This document shows, one piece after another, positions 1 to 9,190 of a DNA stretch of 64,000 nucleotides (position 1 is the stretch's first letter; each line of letters starts with the position of its first letter). Made by a program: the position numbers and the translations under genes. The DNA comes from an uncultured Gammaproteobacteria bacterium (lineage in GTDB: Bacteria > Patescibacteriota > Microgenomatia > UBA1406 > HO2-37-13b): NCBI GenBank assembly GCA_964612595.1, contig CAZTFB010000001.1:323058-387057 (forward strand), read 5' to 3'. The notes under the pieces are model-generated. The model ran no database searches and was not told the origin of the DNA. It saw only the letters and a list, made by a program, of their open reading frames with translations.

Positions 1-197
1 ATTTGTTTTTCTAAGAAAATTTTGTAACTTTTCACACGAATATCCGTCATCCATTGAGGTTCATTTTTAAGCACTGAAATCTGCCGAACAATATCTTCGT
101 TTATGCCTTTTGGTATGCGCACAACAGAAGTGTCAGGCATAGAAAAGCCATATTTGTAGTCAAAATCAATTGATGCAGGTTCAGTTTTTTTGCTCAT
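1..197 (-). CDS. sufB: Fe-S cluster assembly protein SufB, N-terminal fragment (gene runs off the left edge)
   Basis: Not in the ORF track (no stop in window). Minus-strand ATG at 195-197 gives MSKKTEPASIDFDYKYGFSMPDTSVVRIPKGINEDIVRQISVLKNEPQWMTDIRVKSYKIF, the YKYGF/EPQWM N-terminal pattern of SufB. Its start overlaps the sufC stop (ATGA). Confidence 0.75.
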   Translation of the reverse strand, partial: MSKKTEPASIDFDYKYGFSMPDTSVVRIPKGINEDIVRQISVLKNEPQWMTDIRVKSYKIFLEKQ

Positions 198-910
198 TGT
201 ATCCATCCATATCCCTCGGCTTCAATTTTTTGAGATAGTTCAGCAGAACCTTGGGTAGCAATTTGACCATTCATAACAATGAGTACCTCGTCAGGTTTAA
301 GGAATTTAAGAATGCGGTTATAATGCGTAATAATTACAATAGTACGATTCTTGCTTTTCATATCAGAAAGAAACTCCGCAATTGTTCTTAACGAATCAAT
401 ATCTACACCAGTATCAATCTCGTCAAGCATGAGGAATGTCGGTTCCATAACGGCGGCTTGCAAAACTTCCATTTTCTTTTTTTCACCCCCTGAAAATCCG
501 TCGTTCAATGACCGCGAAATCAGCTCCTCTTTTATTTTTAGCTTCTTCGCACGCTCTTTAAGTTTATTCTTAAGTGTCAGAGGATCGAGTTTTCCATCGA
601 GAGCAATACGCATAAGCTGAAATACATTTACGCCCGATAAGGTTAGTGGTGACTGAAAAGAAAGAAATATTCCGCGCTTGGCACGGAGGTGCGATTCCTC
701 TGTTTGAATTTCCTCATCATTAAAGATGATCTTTGAATTTTCTGACAACTCATATGAAGGATGTCCCATAATGGCTGAGGCGAGTGTTGACTTTCCTGAT
801 CCGTTGGGACCCATGATTGCGTAAACTTTCCCTTTTTTGAAATCAATGTTTATATTGTCTAGTATTGTTTTTTCGCCAATTGAGACAGTTAGATTTTTTA
901 TCTTTAACAT
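194..910 (-). CDS. sufC: Fe-S cluster assembly ATPase SufC
   Basis: 238-aa ORF with Walker A GPNGSGKST, ABC signature FSGGEKKK and Walker B LMLDEIDTGVD. Size and sufB adjacency are typical of SufC. Confidence 0.9.
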   Translation of the reverse strand: MLKIKNLTVSIGEKTILDNINIDFKKGKVYAIMGPNGSGKSTLASAIMGHPSYELSENSKIIFNDEEIQTEESHLRAKRGIFLSFQSPLTLSGVNVFQLMRIALDGKLDPLTLKNKLKERAKKLKIKEELISRSLNDGFSGGEKKKMEVLQAAVMEPTFLMLDEIDTGVDIDSLRTIAEFLSDMKSKNRTIVIITHYNRILKFLKPDEVLIVMNGQIATQGSAELSQKIEAEGYGWIQ

Positions 911-928
911 AGGGGCTATTATAACAGT

Positions 929-1204
929 TCAAATAACATATTCGAAGCGTCCTAGTTGATATTGTGCTGAAATACGCGATACTGTTGCTATACCTACGTC
1001 TAGCATGTGGGCTATGGTCCTATGATCCCAACCTTCAGATATTAGAACTGCAATTAAGTATCTATTGCTGATCATGCGTATCTCTCGAGCCGAAAAAAGT
1101 CCAGTGAGAAGATTTATACAGACATGACTATTGTCGATGTGGGTGAGATGCTCTGCAAGAGCTTCAAGAAATTCCTGGTTCACAACAGATGATTTTGCTT
1201 GCAT
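929..1204 (-). CDS. TrpR-like YerC/YecD-family helix-turn-helix protein, first gene of the suf unit
   Basis: 91-aa ORF. LFSAREIRMISNRYLIAVLISEGWDHRTIAHMLDVGIATVSRIS matches the YerC/YecD (Trp-repressor-like) HTH pattern. It ends 18 nt upstream of sufC. Confidence 0.7.
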   Translation of the reverse strand: MQAKSSVVNQEFLEALAEHLTHIDNSHVCINLLTGLFSAREIRMISNRYLIAVLISEGWDHRTIAHMLDVGIATVSRISAQYQLGRFEYVI

Positions 1205-1290
1205 ATTAGCCTAGTTTACATGGCGATTATTAAAAAAAGTTTAACAATATCGGTGAACCTCGGGAGGGGTGTTCCAGACTCCCTTATTTC

Positions 1291-1372
1291 CACGTACTAG
1301 TACACGAGCGGGATAATATTAAACTTCAGCTCGAGAAATATTAATAAGCTACACATGCACTAGTACACGTAA
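1291..1372. promoter_or_regulatory. Two ACTAGT-core operator-like sites (candidate TrpR-family operator)
   Basis: ACTAGTACACG occurs at 1296-1306 and 1359-1369 (63 bp apart). The first copy lies inside the perfect 10-bp palindrome GTACTAGTAC (1294-1303). The sites flank an AT-rich segment with AATATTAA twice and a central CTCGAG. Confidence 0.35.
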
Positions 1373-1529
1373 AAGAACCATAAAAAAACACGCGATACAT
1401 CACAGTATCCATAGTCTGTTTATTCTGACTCTCGTACACTCTCTAACAATGAGTGTGCTGGATCGAATAATACGATCAAGATCCCAACCTCCTGATGGCG
1501 CTGGTACAGTACGAGTGTCTTTGCACAAG

Positions 1530-1670
1530 TCAAACGCCTTCTCGGCGAGCTTGTTGAGTAGATAGTCGGATCGTGCCAGTCCAACCACCAATACCAAGTT
1601 TATTTGCAATGTCATGGTGTGGTATGCCTTCATGAAGTGCGTACAATCTGAAGCCTGTGTCAGTGAGTAT
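1530..1670 (-). pseudogene. Possible truncated remnant of a second YerC/TrpR-like gene (C-terminal HTH only, no start codon)
   Basis: Minus-strand frame open 1670-1533 reads ILTDTGFRLYALHEGIPHHDIANKLGIGGWTGTIRLSTQQARREGV*. This parallels NRYLIAVLISEGWDHRTIAHMLDVGIATVSRISAQ of the neighbouring gene. It is bounded upstream by TAA and has no ATG. It overlaps the 77-aa track ORF 1400-1633 in another frame. Confidence 0.25.
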
Positions 1671-1676
1671 TTAAAC

Positions 1677-1705
1677 TTGACAACGATTATAAAGTGGGCT
1701 ACATT
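1677..1705 (+). promoter_or_regulatory. Candidate sigma70-type promoter for fba
   Basis: TTGACA (1677-1682), 17-nt spacer, TACATT (1700-1705). The ATG at 1717 is only 11 nt after the -10 box, so the leader would be very short. Confidence 0.4.
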
Positions 1706-1716
1706 TTAGCCAGATC

Positions 1717-2970
1717 ATGAACGCAACTGCAAAAAACGATATCGATGAACTTGCCTACAACGCTGCGTTGTCAGATGACCAAAAAGTAAAAGCTGAAGCT
1801 CAACAGAAGATTCTTGCAATGGCAAAAGAGCATGGCATTTATTCGCAGTCTATGCATAAAGTTTACATGGCTTTTGGTCGAGGAGAGCTCACAGGATTTA
1901 CAGTTCCAGCGATGAATGTGCGCATGCTTACATATGATATTGCTTATACGGCTTTTAAAGCTGCAATGAAACATAACGTCGGCTGCATGGTATTTGAACT
2001 TGCAAATTCCGAGCAGCAATATACAGATCAACCGCCCTCACAATATTCAGTTTCAGTTATTGCGGGAGCAATAAAAGCAGGCTACAAAGGCCCAGTGTTC
2101 CTACAAGGTGATCACTACCAAATGAAAACTGATATCTTTCACCACAATCCAAATAAGGAGATTGAACGTGTAAAAAATCTCATAGATAGATCAATAGAAG
2201 GATTGTTCTATAACATTGATATCGATTGTTCGACGCTCGTCGATCTCAGTAAATCGACTATTAATGAACAACAAAAAAATAACTTTGAAATGACAGCACT
2301 TATGACAAAATATATCCGCTCTGTTCAACCAGAAGGTGTAGAAATTTCAATAGGAGGCGAGATTGGCCATATTGGAGGTAAAAATAGTACTGTTGAAGAT
2401 TTTGAGGCATTTATGCAGGGTTATAAAAACAATCTTGGAGATAATCAAATATCTGGCATTAGCAAAGTCGCAATTCAAACAGGCACAAGCCATGGTGGAG
2501 TGCCGCTACCAGATGGGACACTCGCGGACGTCACTATTGATTTTGACGCCATTAAAAGCATTGGTGACGTTGCACGAACACGCTATGGATTAGGTGGACC
2601 TGTACAACACGGGGCATCGACACTCCCAGAAGAACTATTTAACAAATTTCCGGAAAATAAGACGCTGGAAATTCATCTTGCGACTGAGTTTCAAAATATT
2701 GTGTATGCCCACATGAATGAGGAACTTAAACAAAAGATGTGGGCATGGCTGAGAGAAAATGCAAAGGAAGAAATGAAAGATGGTATGACTGATGAACAGT
2801 TTATTTACAAGTCTCGTAAGAAGGCCTGGGGAAACTTTAAGAAAGAAGTATGGAACTTACCAACAGAAGAAAAAAATACTATTATGACTGCAATAGAAAA
2901 AAAACTAGAATATCTCTTTACTGAATTACACGTTCTTAATACAAAAGATGCAATCAGTCGATTCGTCTAA
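1717..2970 (+). CDS. fba: Class II fructose-bisphosphate aldolase (long form)
   Basis: 417-aa ORF with FLQGDHYQ, GGEIGHIGG and QTGTSHGG metal/substrate motifs of class II aldolases. Followed by pgk. Confidence 0.75.
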   Translation: MNATAKNDIDELAYNAALSDDQKVKAEAQQKILAMAKEHGIYSQSMHKVYMAFGRGELTGFTVPAMNVRMLTYDIAYTAFKAAMKHNVGCMVFELANSEQQYTDQPPSQYSVSVIAGAIKAGYKGPVFLQGDHYQMKTDIFHHNPNKEIERVKNLIDRSIEGLFYNIDIDCSTLVDLSKSTINEQQKNNFEMTALMTKYIRSVQPEGVEISIGGEIGHIGGKNSTVEDFEAFMQGYKNNLGDNQISGISKVAIQTGTSHGGVPLPDGTLADVTIDFDAIKSIGDVARTRYGLGGPVQHGASTLPEELFNKFPENKTLEIHLATEFQNIVYAHMNEELKQKMWAWLRENAKEEMKDGMTDEQFIYKSRKKAWGNFKKEVWNLPTEEKNTIMTAIEKKLEYLFTELHVLNTKDAISRFV

Positions 2971-4078
2971 TCTCTCTCATAAAAGAGTAATTGTGCGCGT
3001 TGACTTTAATGTCCCCATAAAAAATGGAGTTGTTGAAGATGCTACGCGCATATATGCAGTCAAACCAACCCTAGATCATTTATTGCAGCAACATAATAGG
3101 CTCATTCTCATCTCCTATCTCGGGAGACCAGAAAAGTATGACCCTGCCTATTCACTGAAACCTATCGCACACTCATTGAAAGAGTTATTTCCAGATAAAG
3201 AAATTGTGTTTGTTGCAGATGTGTTAACTGACGACACTCAACTTATAGAACAATCTGAAGATCAGATAATATTGTTAGAGAATATTCGATTTTATCCTCA
3301 GGAAAAAAATAATGACGAAGCTTATGTGTCAAAACTTGCTGGGTATGCAGATTTCTTCGTCAATGACGCTTTCTCTGTTTCGCACAGAAGTGAATCAACA
3401 GTAACTGGTTTACCTAAGTTGTTACCCTCATATGCAGGTTTTCAACTTTTGAAAGAAGTTGATATGTTAAAAAAAGCATTGGGAGGCAAAGGCACACCAA
3501 GAGTAACCATTCTCGGTGGAGCAAAAGTCTCAACAAAGATTCAACTCATTGAAAAGTTTATTGATTCATCAGACCATATTCTTATTGGAGGCGCTCTCGC
3601 AAATACGTTTTTAGCCGCTCAAGGAATTGAAATGGGAGGCAGTTTGTTTGAAAGTACTTATATAGAAGAAGCTCATAAACTTATGAAGCTTGCTGAAAAG
3701 AAGGGATGCCACATGCTACTTCCGATTGATTATGTGCGCGATGATACGTCCATGGCAATTCTTGACATTGGCCCAGCTACGGCACATAAATACGCTGAGA
3801 TACTACATCAAGCACATACAATAATCTGGAATGGCCCGATGGGATTATATGAGGATCCGCGCTATCGAGCTGGGTCCGATACCATTTTTTCTGCAATCGC
3901 CGCTAACCAAAATGCCCTATCTATTATCGGTGGCGGTGATACACTCCTTATTCTAGAGAACAAAACTCCTGAAGAAAAATCGCGCATTTCTCACATATCA
4001 ACAGGGGGTGGAGCGATGCTGGAATATATTGAAAACGGAACACTTCCTGGAATCGAAGCATTGAATTCTTCGAAGTAA
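2948..4078 (+). CDS. pgk: Phosphoglycerate kinase
   Basis: 376-aa ORF with KRVIVRVDFNVP N-terminus and C-terminal STGGGAMLEY motif. Overlaps the fba end by 23 nt. Confidence 0.9.
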   Translation: MQSVDSSNLSHKRVIVRVDFNVPIKNGVVEDATRIYAVKPTLDHLLQQHNRLILISYLGRPEKYDPAYSLKPIAHSLKELFPDKEIVFVADVLTDDTQLIEQSEDQIILLENIRFYPQEKNNDEAYVSKLAGYADFFVNDAFSVSHRSESTVTGLPKLLPSYAGFQLLKEVDMLKKALGGKGTPRVTILGGAKVSTKIQLIEKFIDSSDHILIGGALANTFLAAQGIEMGGSLFESTYIEEAHKLMKLAEKKGCHMLLPIDYVRDDTSMAILDIGPATAHKYAEILHQAHTIIWNGPMGLYEDPRYRAGSDTIFSAIAANQNALSIIGGGDTLLILENKTPEEKSRISHISTGGGAMLEYIENGTLPGIEALNSSK

Positions 4079-4086
4079 AGTACTCA

Positions 4087-6414
4087 TCATTGCCTCACAA
4101 CAGCTCTTGTCGGTACAACAATACCATTTGGCGGCACAATAACCGTTGATCTAGGTTCTCCATCGTGATTACAGTCCAGACAGTATTTTGAAAGTCCATC
4201 CCATAAAACAGTATGCTCTCTCATCTCAACTGCTGGATTGCCTGGATCAGGTAGATATACATCGGTATCTCTGTTGACGGGAACTTGTTCCTTCTTAATT
4301 GATCCAGCACCAATACCCTCAGTACCTTTTATAAAATACTCAAACTGAGATTGGCATGTAGGCTGACCCTCAGGAGATGGTTGTCCCTCTGCCGCCTGTT
4401 GGAAAGAAGGATCCCTAATAATACATTCAGATTTTCCTACAACTCCTTCTGGAATGCGAGGAAGCAGATCTGATTGATTTTCAAGTACTCGCAACATCAC
4501 TTTATTCCAAATTGGCGCGGCGCCAGTAATTCCAGAAGCTAAACCTGACATAGGACTATTATCGTTATTACCTACCCAAACTGAAACAAGAAAGTTTGGT
4601 GTATAACCAATTGTCCAGTTATCTCGTAAATCGTTTGTTGTTCCCGTTTTGACAGATACCCCTTTTTTTCCCTTTACAACAAGACTGCTTGAGGGACCAA
4701 ACGCGGTAGAGCGCGCGGCATTATCTTGAAGTATATGGGAAATGATAAACGCCGTTTCTTTTGAAATTGCACGTTTTCCTTGTATCGCAAGAAAATTAGG
4801 AAAATCCAAGTCTTTGCTAACATCAGGAACAAGATTCGGATCTTTATATTCATACAGCGTTTTACCACTTTTGTCCTTAACTTCTAAAATACTTGTTAAC
4901 TTTCTTGGAACACCCTCATTTGCAAATGCAGAAAATGCTTGGGCCATTTCTATCATAGTTACTTCTCCACCTCCTAAGGTGAGCGATAATCCATATCGTT
5001 GGGGATCTTTAAGCGAATCGATTAAGAAGCCACTTGATGAGGCAACAAAATTTTCAACCCCATTCTTTGCAAGCATTTTCACAGCAGGAATATTAAGAGA
5101 GTTCGCGAGCGCAAATCTAAGTGTGACTGGACCTTTGTAGCTCCCGTCATAATTAACGGGACAGTACGCTTTAGGCTGACCAGGAGCTGAAAAACACGTT
5201 GGTGCATCATTAAACACACTTGCTCCTGTCACGATTCTCCTATCAATGCCAATCGCATAATTTATAGGTTTAATTGAAGATCCTGGCTGTCTATTAGCTG
5301 TAGTGACATTATACGTTCCTGATCCAGTTGCAAAGAAATCCGTCGAACCCACCATAGATAATATTTCTCCAGTTGATGGTCGCGTTACGAGAAGTGCACC
5401 GTTAGATACTCTCAACCTTTTTATTTTCTCAACTTCCTCGTTTAAAATAGCTTCAGCAGACGCTTGGATATCTTTATCCAGTGTTGTTTTAACCACAAGC
5501 CCACCTTCTTCGACCAGTTGTTTACCATACTGCTCTTCTAGCACTGAGCGCACGTAGAATACAAAATGAGGGGCTTTTATTGTGTTTCCTGGAGGGATAA
5601 GTTGCAGTTCAACTTTTTCTGCTTCAGCTCGTTGTTCTTTTGTAATGAATCCAACTTCCTCCATTCGCTTTAATACAGAAAGCTGTCTGCTTCTCGCTCT
5701 ATCAAAGTGAGTAAAGGGATTATAGGCACTCGGCGCAGCAGGTAAACCTGCTAAAAGTGCCGATTCAGCTAATGAGAGATCCTTAGCATCTTTATTAAAA
5801 TAAGATTGTGCAGCTTCTTGAATACCATATGAAACTCCGCCATAGGGTACTTGATTAAGATAGAGTTCAAGTATCTGATCTTTTGTAAGCAACTGCTCTA
5901 TTTGGATAGCTAAAACTGCTTCTTTCAATTTACGTTGTATAGTTCGTTCGGGTGTTAGTAGTGCAGATTTGACCAATTGCTGGGTGATGGTAGATCCTCC
6001 CTGCTTCGACTTTCCTTTTAAAACCATATCTTTTGCAGCTCGAAATATTCCACCAAACACTGAAATCCCTCCGTGCTTGTAAAAGTTTGCATCTTCAATC
6101 GCGAGTGTGGCTTGAGACGCATGCTTTGGAAGATCTTTTAATTTAATTGGGGTACGGTTTTCATCACGATAAATTTCATATAACAATTCTCCGCTTCTAT
6201 CATAAATGCGACTGGAAAGAGGAATGACTCCATAGTTTCTGAGCCCCCGTGGATCTGGCAAATCCTTGAAAATAAAAATATAGAAAAGTGCTCCTACGAC
6301 AATCCATCCGATAACCGTCACAGCAAGCGTATATTGAATGACAAGTTTTTTTATCCTACTTTTAGGATAGGGTCCTTTTATAGAAGACAGTATTTTTTTA
6401 ATACGATTTTGCAT
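4087..6414 (-). CDS. Class A penicillin-binding protein (glycosyltransferase + transpeptidase), copy 1
   Basis: Track ORF 4087-6537. The GT51 motifs (EDANFYKHGG, GGSTITQQL) and transpeptidase motifs (SSIKP, KTGTTND) are present. Start moved to the internal ATG at 6414 (MQNRIKK...) because the longer ORF overlaps alaS. Confidence 0.85.
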   Translation of the reverse strand: MQNRIKKILSSIKGPYPKSRIKKLVIQYTLAVTVIGWIVVGALFYIFIFKDLPDPRGLRNYGVIPLSSRIYDRSGELLYEIYRDENRTPIKLKDLPKHASQATLAIEDANFYKHGGISVFGGIFRAAKDMVLKGKSKQGGSTITQQLVKSALLTPERTIQRKLKEAVLAIQIEQLLTKDQILELYLNQVPYGGVSYGIQEAAQSYFNKDAKDLSLAESALLAGLPAAPSAYNPFTHFDRARSRQLSVLKRMEEVGFITKEQRAEAEKVELQLIPPGNTIKAPHFVFYVRSVLEEQYGKQLVEEGGLVVKTTLDKDIQASAEAILNEEVEKIKRLRVSNGALLVTRPSTGEILSMVGSTDFFATGSGTYNVTTANRQPGSSIKPINYAIGIDRRIVTGASVFNDAPTCFSAPGQPKAYCPVNYDGSYKGPVTLRFALANSLNIPAVKMLAKNGVENFVASSSGFLIDSLKDPQRYGLSLTLGGGEVTMIEMAQAFSAFANEGVPRKLTSILEVKDKSGKTLYEYKDPNLVPDVSKDLDFPNFLAIQGKRAISKETAFIISHILQDNAARSTAFGPSSSLVVKGKKGVSVKTGTTNDLRDNWTIGYTPNFLVSVWVGNNDNSPMSGLASGITGAAPIWNKVMLRVLENQSDLLPRIPEGVVGKSECIIRDPSFQQAAEGQPSPEGQPTCQSQFEYFIKGTEGIGAGSIKKEQVPVNRDTDVYLPDPGNPAVEMREHTVLWDGLSKYCLDCNHDGEPRSTVIVPPNGIVVPTRAVVRQ

Positions 6415-6434
6415 ATCTCTTATTGTATCAGAAG

Positions 6435-8201
6435 TCACTCTACGTAGAATCGTACAAGCTGAGTCCCAATTTTCTTTACTTTTGAAATCGAAATGTGTCC
6501 GATATCCGATGTATTTTTTACATGAGGACCACCGCACAATTCCTTAGAGTATGCCTCCTCCGGATGGTCGGGACTACCACCTATACAATAGACCTGAACA
6601 GTATCGCTATATTTTTCTTTAAAGAATGCTGAAGCACCTAAAGCTTCAGAATCTTCTTTAGACATAGTAAGTGCATAAACAGAAAGCCTCTCATCTATCT
6701 TTCCATTAATAATTCCTTCAAGTTGTTTAATCTCTTCATCTGTTGGTTTATGATCAAGTCGCGTATCAAAACGCATTCGCTCCTGCGTGATATTTGAGCC
6801 TTCTTGACGAATAATCTCGCCATAAACCTCTTGCAATGCTTTATGTAGAAGATGTGTCGCTGTATGATACTTTAGTACCTGATCTGATTGATCTGCGAGA
6901 CCTCCTTTAAACTTTCCTACAGACGTTGTTTTGGATAGTTGCTTATGGGTTTGAAATACACTGTCAAAATCCTCTCTTGATAATTCAATGCCTTTTTTAC
7001 GTGCAAGTTCTTGGGTTAATTCGAAGGGAAACCCAAAGCTCTGATACATATCAAATGCAGATTGAGCATCAAAAGTTTGATGTTTTTCAACAAGTACAAG
7101 ACCCTTTTCAAGTGTTGTGCTAAATTTTTTCATTTCATCATCAATAACGAGAATCACCTGTTCGTCATTAATAATGGTTTGTAATATTGAGCGGTAAGAA
7201 CCAGTAAATATTGAACCTGTTAGTTCGTACATTTTTACCGCAGATCTTCTCAACAATCTTCGCAATACATATCCATGCTCTTTGTTTCCAGGAATAACAC
7301 CATCCTTAGCTAAATAGGCCGCGGCACGGATATGATCGGCAATGACGCGCATTGCAGGCTTTTTCGCATCATCCTTATATGCTGAACCAGTAAGGTGTTC
7401 TATCTCCTCAATTATGGGAACAAAAATATCTGTAGCGAACATGTCGGGGTTATCATTCCACGCTGCAAGAATTCTCTCAAGGCCACCACCAAAATCAACA
7501 TTCTTTTGAGGAAGCTCTATTAGCTTTCCTTGTTGCTTTATATATTGGATGAAGACTGAATTACCTATTTCCATAAATCTTCCACAATCACAATTCGGAT
7601 GACATGATGTTCCAAACAAGGGATTGTGCGGTGTACCAAAGTCATAAAATACTTCCGAATCTGGTCCGCCTATCTCACCCTCCGGCATATGTTCCGGCGG
7701 GCCAGAACGCGACCACCAATTCTTTGATGGTCCATATAAATGAATATGCGACGTGTCTATACCTAGTTTTTTCCATATTTCAACAGATACATCATCGCGA
7801 GGCACATCTTCCGTTCCTTCAAAAACAGTTACGTGTAATTTTTCCGCAGGAAGTTCCAGTATTTTTGTGAAAAACTCCCACATCCACACAAGTTGTTCTT
7901 CTTTAAAATAGTCGCCGAGAGACCAGTTTCCCATCATATGAAAAAAAGTTGTATGACGATTATCACCGACTTCTTCGATATCTTGTGTACGGATGCTTGG
8001 TTGAATATCAAAAAGCCTTGTGCCGAGTGGGTGTTTTTGACCGACAAGATAAGGTACAAGGGGTTGCATGCCCGAACTTGTGAAAAGCGTTGTTGCATCA
8101 TTCGCCAAGACTAAAGGTGCCGCAGGAATTTCTATATGATTTCTTGGTGCTTCTTTCCAAAATGTTGAAAAGAGCTGTTGCAATTGGCTATTGGTCTTCA
8201 T
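6435..8201 (-). CDS. alaS: Alanine--tRNA ligase, short form (588 aa, no C-Ala domain)
   Basis: N-terminal class II AlaRS pattern (FTSSGMQP, NWSLGDYFK, DFGGGLERI). C-terminal editing-domain motifs HTATHLLH and CGGPHV are present. The ORF ends right after the editing domain. Confidence 0.85.
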   Translation of the reverse strand: MKTNSQLQQLFSTFWKEAPRNHIEIPAAPLVLANDATTLFTSSGMQPLVPYLVGQKHPLGTRLFDIQPSIRTQDIEEVGDNRHTTFFHMMGNWSLGDYFKEEQLVWMWEFFTKILELPAEKLHVTVFEGTEDVPRDDVSVEIWKKLGIDTSHIHLYGPSKNWWSRSGPPEHMPEGEIGGPDSEVFYDFGTPHNPLFGTSCHPNCDCGRFMEIGNSVFIQYIKQQGKLIELPQKNVDFGGGLERILAAWNDNPDMFATDIFVPIIEEIEHLTGSAYKDDAKKPAMRVIADHIRAAAYLAKDGVIPGNKEHGYVLRRLLRRSAVKMYELTGSIFTGSYRSILQTIINDEQVILVIDDEMKKFSTTLEKGLVLVEKHQTFDAQSAFDMYQSFGFPFELTQELARKKGIELSREDFDSVFQTHKQLSKTTSVGKFKGGLADQSDQVLKYHTATHLLHKALQEVYGEIIRQEGSNITQERMRFDTRLDHKPTDEEIKQLEGIINGKIDERLSVYALTMSKEDSEALGASAFFKEKYSDTVQVYCIGGSPDHPEEAYSKELCGGPHVKNTSDIGHISISKVKKIGTQLVRFYVE

Positions 8202-8243
8202 TTGTATTTATTGTATCACACAAAACTTATCTCAGATCTCGGG

Positions 8244-8249
8244 TATAAT
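8244..8249 (+). promoter_or_regulatory. -10 box TATAAT 7 nt upstream of the nnrD ATG (leaderless candidate)
   Basis: gggTATAATaagacctATG, with ATG at 8257. Confidence 0.4.
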
Positions 8250-8256
8250 AAGACCT

Positions 8257-9174
8257 ATGATATCTGTTGCGCCTGAAGATAGCCTTACTCAAGCACTCCA
8301 CCATCTCAAACTCCCAGGAAAAAATACTCACAAAGGTCAAAACGGTAAACTTTTGGTTATTGGTGGATCTTCAATATTTCACGCAGCATCAATATGGGCA
8401 GCTGAAGCAGCTTCCAAAGTAGTTGATATGGTCCACTACTCCTCAACAAAGGAAAATGGTGAGATTATGACGAATCTTAAATCACGCTTTGTCGATGGCA
8501 TCGTCATTCGCCAACAAGATCTCCTTAATTACGTCGAAGAAGATGATTGTATTCTTATTGGACCAGGCATGGAACGTGGCTCAGTCCGTGATGAAATTCG
8601 CGATTCAAGCTTAACATTCGAAAAAATATGCCAACTTGAAAACGAAGCTGAGTATACGTATGCACTCATTAGATTTCTCATTCAACAATATCCTGATAAA
8701 CGGTTCGTATTTGATGCAGCAGCACTTCAAATGATGGATGTTTCCTGGTTATCAGCATTAAACGTACAACCAATTGTGACTCCCCACTGTAAAGAATTTG
8801 AAGTACTTTTTGGGATCTCTGTATGCGACATTCCTTTAGAGGAAAAAAAAGAAATAATACGCACAACCGCTCGAAAGCATAATTGCATTATTCTCTTTAA
8901 ACAAATTACAGATATTATTACGAACGGAGACACTTTTACAACGGTTACTGGAGGTAACGCTGGCCTCACAAAGGGAGGCACTGGTGATGTACTTGCGGGT
9001 ATTACAGCGGCTTTTTTTACGAAAAATGAACCACAAATCTCTGCATTAGTCGCCTCCTATTTATTAAAGAAAACATCAGAAGATTTGTTTTTGACGTCTG
9101 GAACTTTATATAACACCTCGGATGTAATAGCTCAACTTCCTAAATCTGCTAAACCCGTATTATTTGACAATTGA
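8257..9174 (+). CDS. nnrD: ADP-dependent NAD(P)H-hydrate dehydratase (YjeF C-terminal / carbohydrate kinase family)
   Basis: Track ORF 8191-9174 with GKLLVIGGS and KGGTGDVLAG motifs. Start placed at the internal ATG 8257 (MISVAPED...), downstream of the -10 box. Confidence 0.7.
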   Translation: MISVAPEDSLTQALHHLKLPGKNTHKGQNGKLLVIGGSSIFHAASIWAAEAASKVVDMVHYSSTKENGEIMTNLKSRFVDGIVIRQQDLLNYVEEDDCILIGPGMERGSVRDEIRDSSLTFEKICQLENEAEYTYALIRFLIQQYPDKRFVFDAAALQMMDVSWLSALNVQPIVTPHCKEFEVLFGISVCDIPLEEKKEIIRTTARKHNCIILFKQITDIITNGDTFTTVTGGNAGLTKGGTGDVLAGITAAFFTKNEPQISALVASYLLKKTSEDLFLTSGTLYNTSDVIAQLPKSAKPVLFDN

Positions 9175-9190
9175 AGCCCTGTAGCTTATC

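Noticed and set aside
1400-1633. 77-aa minus-strand ORF in the suf-fba spacer.
   Set aside because: It has no recognisable motifs and no promoter or start context. It overlaps, in a different frame, a segment that looks like a decayed YerC-like HTH. It was not reported as a gene; the pseudogene/RNA alternative is kept as a low-confidence finding.
6415-6537. Upstream extension of the PBP ORF (MRWSSCKKYIGYRTHF...), overlapping the 3' end of alaS by about 100 nt.
   Set aside because: The extension has no PBP-like or TM features. The internal ATG at 6414 gives a normal short cytoplasmic tail plus signal anchor and removes the overlap.
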